Positions 24,451-35,394 of a DNA stretch of 64,000 bases are shown in pieces. Within the stretch, counting starts at the first letter, position 1; the number at the start of each line of letters is the position of its first letter. The position numbers and the translations under genes were made by a program. The DNA is from Camelus dromedarius. Taxonomy: Eukaryota. The notes below the pieces were generated by a model. The model did not search any database and was not told where the DNA came from. It worked only from the letters and a program-made list of their open reading frames with translations. The DNA is taken from positions 114,516,001-114,580,000 of the forward strand of contig NC_087436.1 of the NCBI RefSeq assembly GCF_036321535.1, written 5' to 3'.

Positions 24451-27400
24451 TCTGCTGTGTCCTTCCATTGACACGAATAGGCGTGTTTCACTGAACAGTC
24501 TTGAATTCAGAGAACCTTGTATTCAAAAAAAAAAAATGTTTACTAAATTAAATGGTTCAAGTTGAAATGGTAGAATTGGCTATGAACTTAGACTTTGCGA
24601 AAAATTACCTGGCTTTCAAGAAGGTGGTCTTATTTGCTAGGCCTTAAATGTTTTACTTTACTGTTCTGTTTTGAAATGTTATGTTTTGGAACAAAACCAG
24701 TGGTAAGGTTCAGAAATGGAGATGCCAATATAAAGGATGAAATGTTGGAACTTTTTCAAGCTGTAAACCGGTGGGAGCTGAATTGGGGGAGTTAATGTGG
24801 ATATCAAGTTTTCATATCAGACAATTTCATATGTCTGATAGATTTCATTTGGCCTCTTTCTGCTGAAAACAGTTTTCTTTAACATTTGTTTGCTAAAATG
24901 TGTAACTCTAAGGGCCAAATTCCCTGGCTTGTGTACTGAAGATATTCAGCATTTTGAATGTTAAGAAGAGCTGCGAATTAATCCCCGGGAAAAATTCCTT
25001 CCATTTCCAAGTCTGCCAATGCAGGATTTTCAGAAAGGATAGTTGACCAAGGAAATTAAGCTCCCTTTTACTATGCAGATGTCAAGAAAGAGCATGCTCT
25101 TCAAAGCAAAGTTATGAAACAGAAGAATTTTTTTCTTCACTTTGAAATACATTTTCTTCTTGGTGTTGGTATCTATGTAAGTTTGAGTTTCCAATGAAAG
25201 TTTTGGTTTCTTTATTCTTTGTTACTGTGTGGTACTGAGTTTTTATAACCCAGGAGCCCCATTATGTAAGGGAAAATTAAAAGTTCAACTACAATCTCCA
25301 ATTCTCCAAAACTGGAAAAAAAAAAAAAAGTAAACTGGAATCAACATATGTGCCATTGATGGTTGGAATGTTAAATCTGGTCTTAATAGCCCCAATACTT
25401 AGAAATAGCAGAATTAGTTTGTGGTTGAAGATTCTTTATTTAATAGTATTTATAGAATGTGGTGAATGCTGGTTGAGCAGGTTAATGTGCTGCCTTTTTA
25501 ATAGGGCACTATTGCTACTGGCTTACCTTCCATAAGGCATGCACTTGGAGTTGTTTTTCAGTGCCGTGAGTGCTAATGAAGGCCAATTTAAAGCAATTTT
25601 CCTGAAGATTGCTGCTCAGCCCTGTCTGACTTGTAATTCCAAAGCTTATGCCAGGCAGGAGGGTGTAGCAAGAGGTTAATAAATACAATTACATTAATAC
25701 TGGTGTTATTTTAGTTACTTAGAGTTTAGTTATCTTGAAAGCAACCAGTCAATTAATATAGACCTGATGTATTCAATGCATATGTTACACTAATCAGCCT
25801 TGCATCTAAACAGACATTGAAACTCAGTGTCTGAGAAAGGATGAGTGTGTAAGTATTTACGTTCAGCCTGAGCTTGCTCTGAGCTGATGAATGAGAGCAA
25901 AAGATGCTCTTTTAAAACTCTGAACTATAGTAGATGAGTCATTGGCATGTGTTATCTTAGATACATCATTACAAAGCTACTCTATTTTCAGTGTTTTTGA
26001 GAGGTGAAATTATTTTACTCTGTTATAGACATTATTTTTGTCCACATTTTCTGAGCAGAGTGGATGTTCACATTTCACTTAGAAACATGGAATCAGCTCG
26101 AGCTGGATGTCATGAACAAACAGAATTCAGATTGAGGCTAGTTCAGTGATCTTTGCACAGTGATAACTCAGCAGGGTCCCCTATGGCTCAGTGGCTTCAT
26201 TATTAGCAAAATGAAAAAAGGGAAAGATGACTTTTACACATTCTTCTGTCTTTTTGTAGCCTCTCAGCCGTCTTCAGGTTTCACTTTTCATTTTAAAAAC
26301 AAAATTTCACAGGCTCCCTTCCAAACTATTTAATTCACGTCTGGCAACTAAAAAGAAAAATAAGGCATAAATTGCTTCTGAAAACCCAGAAGGGTACCTT
26401 TTTACTGAACATAATATTGCATAGGACTTAATTGGGTATAATATATTTTATACCTTCAATTCCCTTGAGACCAAAATGAAAAAAATTTTCTCTTAGGGGC
26501 AAAAGATAAAAATTATTTCAAATACAATGATTAAAAGGTAATTATACAATTAAGGTGTTTTTGGTTCTCTCTTATTTTTAAATAATTTCACTTTGTCTAA
26601 CAGAGGATGAAAATTTCCAAGGAGGAAAGTTTAAGGATATCTAATTTGCAATCAAAACTAGTAGATTGATACTTGTAAATTCTTTTTCAATTTTTGAGCT
26701 GTAAATTGGAGATCATTTGATTTATCAAAGACACTTTGTGGGACTTAAATGGAAAAGAAAATGGATGAAGAATGCTACATAAATTTTGGCACTTGAAGAA
26801 AATTACTTAAATTCTTTCTTCTCCAAAGTCTCCATTTATATCAACATGTTACAATGCGCCCTTTTATATGAATGCCACAGCTACAGAGACAATTTAAATG
26901 AAATTTAAAATGATGTTATTTAATTTTCAAGATTAAGTCAGTAATTTGCATTTTGTTCAGTAATTTCATTTTTCATATTTGAATAATGATGAATTTTTCA
27001 CATTGACCCTTTTCTCCCAGTTTGCATTCTGCCTTGCCTATGAAACAAATGCATTCTAAAAATTAAGACATCGAGGTTGGCATTCAAAGCTTCTTTGAAT
27101 GTTAAGAAAAATGAGGTATTTTTACAAGTGTAATGAGCATTTTTCTGGTGCTCATTTGAAAAGAATATCGAATTTATATTGATAGCAAACAATTTGAAGA
27201 GAAATTTATTAATGTGTTATGCTTTTAAAGGTGTGAGAACACATTCTCTCAGAGTTTCCTTTTGTCTTTCCATTTACGTGCAGAATAAGGAAGTGTGTAT
27301 AATTTATTACTATTAAGGAACTTTATGAATGGCCTTTCTCATATTTCCCCCTTGGAAGCCATTAGATAATCTGTTTTTGTAATACTGAGTCAAATATTTG

Positions 27401-29884
27401 GTTTAATATTCTTTTTTTTTTTTCAGAACAGACCACATAATCATAGGATTATTAGACATCTCATAATTTTTAGAGGTGCCTCACACCCATGCACGTTTAT
27501 TCCTGTGCTGAATTTCCTAAAGTTACAATCTTTAATTCTTGCTCTCTAAAGCAAACAAACAAACAAAAAAATGTTTCCCAAGATGCACATAAAACATGCA
27601 TTAAAGGCGTTTCCTACTCTATGTTTTTTTATTATCCCTCCACCTTACCACCCACCAGTGTTGTGGATTTAAGAGAGTCCACATAATTGAGTAAGTAAAT
27701 TACCAAAAACCTAGGCAGCTGCTGCAGACACCTAGCAATTGGCTGTTCCTTGGCTCTAATGTTCTCGTATTAGCACATTAAAAAAAGCAGAAAGGGGGCT
27801 CTTAATTACGCCTTGCTTTATGGGAGCACAATAAATTCCTTTTGTTGACCTTACTGCACACTCAATGGTGTTTTTGTGCAGTGTTGAGTTAAGAGATATC
27901 AAAAGTCATAGATTGAAGGATTATTCTGAGTATTTAAGGAACGTGTAAGTAGGTAGTAATGAACCCCCAATACAACCAAATCTGCTCGTCTCAATGCGAA
28001 AGTACCAGTTATTCAACATTTCAAACTGACAGCTTGTAAATGTAAATTTTATTAAATGCACAGCAATAAAAATTTGTAGGTTTCTGTCACTTTGAATTTT
28101 AGTGGCTCAAAATGAGGCCTCTAGCCTTTTAAATCACAGCAGGTAAAAGCAGCGCTCTCAAGCATTCAGCATTTTAAACTGGAACCTTTTTTAGGTTTCA
28201 CTCTGTGCATTTGTTCACATAATATCCTTTACAGGGTTCAAGAATGGATGTGTTATGTCACTTAACAGGCCTGCATTTTCCATTGCCTTTAGATCACAGT
28301 TCACAAAGTGTTTCTCTTACAACCCAAGAGGAGAGAGACAGAGAAAGAAAGAGGGAAACATTTGAATGAAAGAGAAATAAGTTACAGATATAAAAAGAAG
28401 CATAAAGAAAATAAGAAAGTGTATCGTATGATAAGAATTGATGTATTATTTTTTAATAAGTCAAACTCATTCTCATGCAGATAATGGAAAATATAAACTG
28501 GATTAAAGTCATATAAAATAAGCAGATAGTGAGAAAATATTATGGGGGATAAAATCATGGTTAAGATTTCCTAAAGATTTCCAAAATCTAGAAGGAAATG
28601 AAAAACCTGCATATTTCAAGGTTCAGTTTATTGGACAAAATGATAATTGGTGTTTCATTTAAGGAAAGCCCAATGTAAGATTTAAATAACAATTGTTTCC
28701 TGTGTTGTAATCTTAATAACAGAAGCATTTCATTTCTCTATTTATTGTTCTACAGAGAAGCAGTCTCAACTGATAGTTGACAAATATCAGAGTTTAAACA
28801 TAATAATTGAATATGCAGTTTGTCAAGTAATATTACTTTACCACGGTGAATATTGTTGCTATAAATGACTTTTCTGATGAGACTTCGGAGAAAGCATTTG
28901 GCCACCTGCGGTTGTTAAATATCCCCCTGGCACTTTTTTTAAGAGTTGAAGTATTACCCTGTGTTTTGGCCACATTCCAGTTTGGGCTAATGGCATTCGT
29001 CCTTTCGAAGTTTCCTTTGCAGTTTTAATTGGGTCTGACCCTTTTCTTCACTTTAAGGAGCCTTCCCTCCTAAACATTTCCATTCTGGCAGAGGGAGAGG
29101 AGACAGTCATCCCTTCTTTGGCTAAATTTCTGGCGAGTATTACAACCTCCTGCACATTATCAAAGTAGTTAATTTCAACACTGTGCACGTGTAAGCATTA
29201 GAGGGCTTTAGCATTTATAAAGTATACATATTATTTGCTGCATGCATAGAAACTTTCTTCAAAAGATTTTACTTCTAGGGCACTTTAAGGGATGATGTAA
29301 AGCAGTTATGTTAACTTCAGAGTTTCGACAGCTTAGTTTTTACATAGTGGAAATCAAGAATGCTTTATTATAATAATTTATACATACTAAAAATTATGAT
29401 TGCCAAGATAGCAATCACATTTTGGAGGGCTAGTTTTTCTTTCTATATTAAAAGTCAAAGTCCTCTCTCAAAGACTTGTTTGAATCAGCTAACATGTGTT
29501 TGAAGCTGTTTCAATTTTAATACCTCTTCCTGTGCCTCTATTTATTGAATCAAAACTAGAATTAAGTATAGAGGACATATCAGTCAAATGGTGCATAAGG
29601 TTTCCTTAGCTAATACGTTTAAATTTGAGAGGCAGTCACTTTTGAGAATATTTCTATTTCTCGTTTCTCACCTTTGCCTGTCACCTCGGGTTGGATCTGC
29701 TGCCACAGTCAACTTTCTCTCTTGTTAGAATTACCAGTCTTTTGGCGGACAGACAGCTAGCTGTCTCAGGGAGGCAGGTGGAACAGAGATAGAGGAGTAG
29801 CCTTAACACCTCGGATGTTCAGAGCTGGAATTTTGCAGTTCATATTTAGTCACTTTATTTCAATCTACTTCATGTTTTCTCTTT

Positions 29885-30325
29885 TTCTTTTAAATTACAC
29901 ACATAATATATGACGATTAAAATATGTAAATTATGTAAGGTAAAAGAATGTACTCTTTCTCCTCCCTCATCCTGCTTCCCCTCAGTCCTAGAACCTTCCC
30001 AGTGGTAATTAACTGATAGTACTTTGGTGTTGGTTCTTTCGGACACAAATGCATTTTCATACATAATTTGTGTGTGTGTGATTTATTTCAAACATAAATG
30101 GAATCACACCATACCTCTCATGCAACCTGCTTTTTTTTCACCTTGTAATATTATTTTAAAAGCTCTCCATATTAGTACATATAGATATACCTAATTCTTT
30201 TTCATTGGGGCCTGTAAATCTATATAATTAAGTGCCTCTCAAGTGTTGAATGTTTCACTATTATAACCAGGTGCCTTGTCCCTCTTACATACATGGGGGA
30301 TTATTATTCTAGAATAAATACCTAT
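29885..30325 (-). mobile_element. Old L1 (L1ME-type) 3' end
   Basis: cataaatggaatcacaccatacctctcatgcaacctgcttttttttcacctt...ttcttttcattg, typical of a reverse L1ME 3' region. Confidence 0.6.
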
Positions 30326-30344
30326 GGACTTTGCTGCCATTGTC

Positions 30345-30465
30345 ATATTTTATAATTGAGGTACCCAGCGTCCATGGAGATAAAGTGATTTGTCTAAAGA
30401 CACACAGTTTTGGCAAAGCCAGGACCAAAACCCGGGTCTTCTGATTTTAGTCCACTGACCTTTCT
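30345..30465 (-). mobile_element. MIR fragment
   Basis: aagtgatttgtctaaagacacacag...aaaacccgggtcttctgatt. Confidence 0.65.
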
Positions 30466-30473
30466 GCGATACT

Positions 30474-30915
30474 GTGTATAGCGGCTGTTCTGGTGCTCTG
30501 CCCAGATTCTCTTTTCATGGTAAATGCTCTCGCCCTCGGAGGCTGGGCATCAGCTCTGACAGCTCACCGCTGCATCCATCACAAAGAATTGCCCTTGGCT
30601 GCCAGAAACTGCTTTGGGAAGGTTACGCACCACCTACTCCCAGAGAGTGTCTCATGGTTAATGATTGGCTGATTCAGAAATACAAAGACTTGGCTCCCTT
30701 GTTTCCATCTGAGACAACTCTGAAGAGCCACCCCAGCTCCAGAGCACTTTGTAGGGTGGGCTGAAGCCTCAGTTGCAACTGCATTCAGGGTCAGCTTCTT
30801 TTTTGCCCAATCCAGACTTTAGTACAGAAGTATCCCACCGGAGCACTCACCAATAAACCATCTGCATGCAGTTCTCTGGTTCAAAATCTGTTTCCAGGGA
30901 AGCCAATTCAAGACA
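30474..30915 (+). mobile_element. Solo ERVL LTR (LTR16-like)
   Basis: TG...CA termini, internal caataaacc poly(A) signal, and the end aatctgtttccagggaagccaattcaagaca typical of LTR16. Confidence 0.75.
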
Positions 30916-31529
30916 CCGTATGGCTTCAAATATATCTTCCCCAAATATGAACTTGGAAGTTCAAAGGCAGAACAAGAAATGTCTCAGGACTGGGGAGTGT
31001 CTACAGGATCACTAATTCCTGTACGCTCAAGGACTAAGTCCAAGCATTGTACATAATCTGTGCCAGATGAAGAGCTGCAGGAAGGGAAGAGGGAGTGAAA
31101 GGGAAGATGTAGAGATGAGGGGAGCTGCTTCACATCGTTTTTGAGAAGAGAGAGGATAAACATCAATCAAGAAATAGATGAATTAGGATGGAGAAATTTT
31201 GTTCTCCGTAGTTCTTTTTAGGTATAGGACTAACTTTTAGGGTTAGTGCGATGCTCTCATTTCCCCATTCCACCACCCCTGGTGACACAAGCACACTCAA
31301 CCCCAATATGCAGGCGTAGGCTGGCACACAGGGGATAAAGCAGGAGAAATCTAAAGTTCTAAGGGGAATCGGGAAGAAGGGAAAAGAAGCCAGCGTAGCT
31401 GGGTGCTGCCTAGAAGAAAGAGACGAAAGGAGAGATCTGGGTAGAAAGGAGCCTGAAGCATAACTTTTGAAGGACGAGAAAGTCTAAAGGGAGATCTGTC
31501 AAGTTGTTCCCCATGAACTATGCAATTTA

Positions 31530-31985
31530 AGCCATCTCCCCCTCACCCTTTCTCCGATGACTGTCCTCCCCTACCAAGGACACTGTCTGTGACCCTGCCC
31601 CCAGCTCCAGGTGATTAGACCTGGAATGGACTCCTGAACCAGTCTGATTCTCTCCAGTAATTTGGAATTGGGATTCAGGGACAGAGAACTCATCTCTATA
31701 TGCAATTAGAATTACAGTCACGTAAGCCTGAGGGCTGAGGCATGGCTATCTTCCAGGATGGGGCAAGGAAGCTGAAAATTCCAGGCTAGATAGACTGGAA
31801 TAAATTATATGCAGAGAGAGAAATAAATACAAGAAATAGACAGTCTCTTTCTTATGGATTTCTAGGTCTTGCTTAAGGTCTCCCTGTTAAGTTTATTTCC
31901 ATTCTTACCCATTGGTTCTATAGGACACTCCTTTGTCCCAGTAACGAATTACTGTTTAGTTCAAGTTACAGACTACTACTTTAAT
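31530..31985 (+). mobile_element. Degenerate MaLR LTR (old MLT1 type)
   Basis: ccctgcccccagctccaggtgattagacc...tggaattgggattcagggacagaga and an MLT1-like 3' end; highly diverged. Confidence 0.4.
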
Positions 31986-31987
31986 CC

Positions 31988-32646
31988 AAAGCATTTTCTA
32001 CTTCTGGGGATTTGTCCAAAGAAAATAAAACACCAACTTGAATAGATATATGCACCCCCATATTTACTGCAGCGTTATTTATAATAGCCAAGACGTGGAA
32101 ACAATCTAAATGTCTAATAAAGGATGAATGGATAAAAAAGATGTGATATATATACATACATATGGAGTATTATTCAGTCACAAAAAAGAAGGAAATCTTG
32201 CCACTTATGACAACATGGATGGACCTTGGAGGCATTATGCCAAGTGAAATAAGTCAGATAGAGTGAGACAAATACTGTATGACCTCACTTATATGTGGAA
32301 TCTGAAAAAAGAAATAAAAAAGAACAGAACTCATAGATACAGACTGGCGGTTGCCAAAGCTGGTGGGCGGCTGGGTGAAATGAGTGAAGGGGGTCAAAAG
32401 ATACAAACTTCCAGTTATAAAAATAAATAAATCCTAGAGGTGTATTACACAGCATGGTGACTATAGTTAATAATACTTTATTGTATATTTGAAAGTTGCT
32501 AAGAAAAAAATGTGTAACTCTTTGTGGTGATGGATGTAAACTAGACTCACCTTGGTGATCATTTCACAATATATACAATATTGAATTACTATGTTGTACA
32601 CCTGAAACTAATATGATGTTATATGTCAGTTATATCTTAATTAAAA
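31988..32646 (+). mobile_element. L1 3' end (L1MA-type ORF2 end and 3' UTR)
   Basis: atatgcacccccatatttactgcagcgttatttataatagccaagacgtggaaacaatctaaatgtc...acaacatggatggaccttggaggcattatgccaagtgaaataagtcag...gttgtacacctgaaactaatat...tcttaattaaaa. Confidence 0.92.
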
Positions 32647-33111
32647 GAGTTTTAACTAAGAATGTTGGTATCAGAAGTTGGGTTGTGAACAATAGCCCTT
32701 TAGAGAAGAGAATGCATAGAATTGTGTTAGTTGAAGTGATATAAAGTAGGGTGAATAATGAAGGTTTCTCAAGAACGTAGCTTGATTTTGTTACCTGCAG
32801 ACATATAAATATGACTAAATCATGATTAGAGTGGGAAGAACAAAACTGCCAGGGGAAAACCACTTAACAAAATCCCATAGAGATCAACAGAGAAAAGAAT
32901 TGGAAATGGAAAGAAAAATCCAGTGTTTATCAGGTAAAAGTGTTCAGGAAGTGAATTGACAACAATCTTTATGTCTTCAGATGAAGAAAATGTTAGGAAG
33001 AAGTAGAGCAAATTTTACATTTAAATATGATTAAATATGAACACTTACAAACAAAAAAAGCAAAATGTAGTATGGTGTATGTAATATTTGTGTAAAAAAA
33101 CGGAGGGATTG

Positions 33112-33515
33112 TGTATTAGCTTCCCAGGGCTGCAGTAACAAAACATTGGCTTAAGGCAACAGAAGTTTATTCTCTCATAGTTCTGAAGGTGAGAAGTCCA
33201 GAATCAATGTGGCCCCAGGGCCATGCTCTCTCTAAAGGCTCTAAAGGAGAATCTTTCCTTGCCTCTTCCAGCCCCAGTGGCTCTAGGCATTCCTTGGCTT
33301 GTGACAGCATTGCTCTGATCTCAGCCTCCATATTCTCTCTATATGTCTCTATATCTTCACATGCTGTTCCCCACTCTGTATTTTTAACTATTCTTATAAG
33401 GACACCAGTTTTACTAGATTGAAAGCTCATGACAATGACTTCATCTTAACGTGATTACATCTGCAGTCTTACAAATAAGATCACATACACAGGTGCTGAG
33501 GGCTAGGACTTCAAC
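33112..33515 (-). mobile_element. MaLR solo LTR (MLT1C-like)
   Basis: Starts tgtattagcttcccagggctgcagtaacaaa; contains tttattctctcatagttctgaagg and gcctcttccagc. Confidence 0.85.
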
Positions 33516-33609
33516 CCCAAAGAGACTGCATATAAATATAGTTTACTTAGTAGACAAATGCCTTTCAAACTGGAACAGATCATATTTTCAAAAAGAGGGC
33601 TGCAACACT

Positions 33610-34190
33610 GTCTCCCATCAGAGGTACTTCTGCAGTGTTCCCCACCGCTCTCCCTCTGATAGATGGAGTATAATTCCCCTCCCTTGGAATCCAGGCCTGC
33701 CTTAGTGACTTGCCATAACCAACAGAATGCAGCAGAAATGTCATCGTACATGACTTCCAAAGCTCTGTCAGAAAAAGCTTTCGGCTTCTGCCCAGGTCTT
33801 GTGAATACATGCTTTCTGGTCACACAGTCTCAGGACGCTTCCCTGGGAACACAGCCACTATCCTGCGGGAAGCCCAAGACACACTGAGAGGCCACATGGA
33901 GATACTCCCATTCAGTGTCAGCTAAGCCAAGTCTTCAAGCTATCCTAGCACGGGATGCAGACACTGAGCGAAGAATGCTCCAGATTACTCCAGACCCAAG
34001 GCATTTGTGTCATTCCCAGTCATTTGAGTCTTCCCAGCTGTAGCCCCAGACATTGCAAAACACAGACAAGCCACCCCTGCTGTGCTCTGCCCAAATTCCT
34101 GACCAACAGAATCCCCAAGCATAATAAAATGGTGGTGGTTTTACACCACTAGTTTGTGGTGATTTGTTATGCTGTGACAGTAATTGGAAT
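33610..34190 (+). mobile_element. MaLR solo LTR (MLT1F/G/H-like)
   Basis: ccttagtgacttgccataaccaacagaatgcagcagaa...cccaaattcctgaccaacagaatc...ataataaaatggtggtggttttacaccactagtttgtggtgatttgttatgc. Confidence 0.8.
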
Positions 34191-34462
34191 AGTGGGTCAT
34201 AACTCATTAGTGGGTTATAAAATGAATTTAGTGAGGGCAATAGAAATTAAACAAAAAATTAAAATTTTTGTGTTCTATATCTTGAGATTTTTTTATATAG
34301 GAATACAAACAATACAAATTTGCTATCAAAAGTGACCGCATTCTGTCACTGCAGTTGGAAGGCTGTGTTGGAAAGGTACAGTTACTCAAATGTAATAGCC
34401 AGCAGGAAAGATGTGCAGGGAAATCCACAAACTCAAGGATAAGTTTGTGAAAGAGAACTTTT

Positions 34463-34602
34463 TCTTTCTTTTTTCTTTTTTGTTTTTTGGAAGGGGTAGG
34501 TAATTAGGCTTATTTATTTTTAGAGGAGGTACTGGGGATTGAACCCAAGACCTTGTGCATGCTAAGCATACGCTCTACCACTTGAGCTATACCCTCCCCT
34601 CT
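34463..34602 (-). mobile_element. tRNA-Ala-derived SINE (camelid Vic-1-like) with 15-bp TSD
   Basis: Reverse complement reads GGGGAGGGTATAGCTCAAGTGGTAGAGCGTATGCTTAGCATGCACAAGGTCTTGGGTTCAATCCCCAGTACCTCC, then an A-rich tail. TSD tgaaagagaactttt at 34448-34462 and 34603-34617. Confidence 0.92.
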
Positions 34603-34752
34603 TGAAAGAGAACTTTTGACAAAGGAAAAAAAGAGAAAGAAAAATACGTGTTTTTTTATGGAACAAACTCATAACTTCAGTTTGCATAGTCAGCTAATGG
34701 ATAAGAGAAATGCTTTCATGATATATGACAAATATGAACACTGGCAAAAGGA

Positions 34753-34995
34753 GACAGTTTAGCATAGCTGCTAAAAAGGACTCCAAAGGTGGACTGGGCT
34801 TGGTTTGAATCTCTGCCCCATTATTTAATCTGGGTAACCCTAGAAAAGTTACATCATGAATCTAAAATTCAGTATTTTCATCTACAAAATGGAGATTATA
34901 ATAGTACCTACTTGATAGTGTTGTTAAGAAATTACATAAATTAATGTGCATCACCTAGCAAAGGGTCTAGTCTATCAAATGAGCTCAAACAGATC
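34753..34995 (+). mobile_element. Near full-length MIR
   Basis: acagtttagcatagctgctaaaaag...ttcatctacaaaatggagattataatagtacctacttgatag...gagctcaaacagat. Confidence 0.8.
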
Positions 34996-35056
34996 TATTT
35001 AAAAGTAGAAACTCAATACTCTAGCTTAGTGCTAAATAATTGGGGAAAGTTAGTGG

Positions 35057-35370
35057 TATATTAGGCAGAATCCTGAGATGCCCTCCAGGAACCCTACTCC
35101 CTAATGGATACACCCAGTATGTGACTATGATGGGAAAGTCACTCCTAGGACTAGGGTAGGATACGTGGCACAAGTGACTTAAAGAACAGGAGATTATCCT
35201 GGGTAGGCCAGACCTAATCAGGTGAATCCTTAAAAGGGCTCTTCCTAAAGCAAGAATTTCAAAGCATGAGAGGGATTCAGGACTCAATGCAAGGGAGAGT
35301 CTCAATTGCTGGCTTTAGAGTGGAGGGAGCTGAACAAGAAGGAATGCAGGTGGTTTCTGGGAGATAACAA
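35057..35370 (+). mobile_element. MaLR LTR 5' part (MLT1D/E-like)
   Basis: ggcagaatcctgagatgcc...ggagattatcctgggtaggccagacctaatcaggtgaatccttaaaa. Confidence 0.7.
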
Positions 35371-35394
35371 CTTATCTGTGATTCTTCTGGATTT

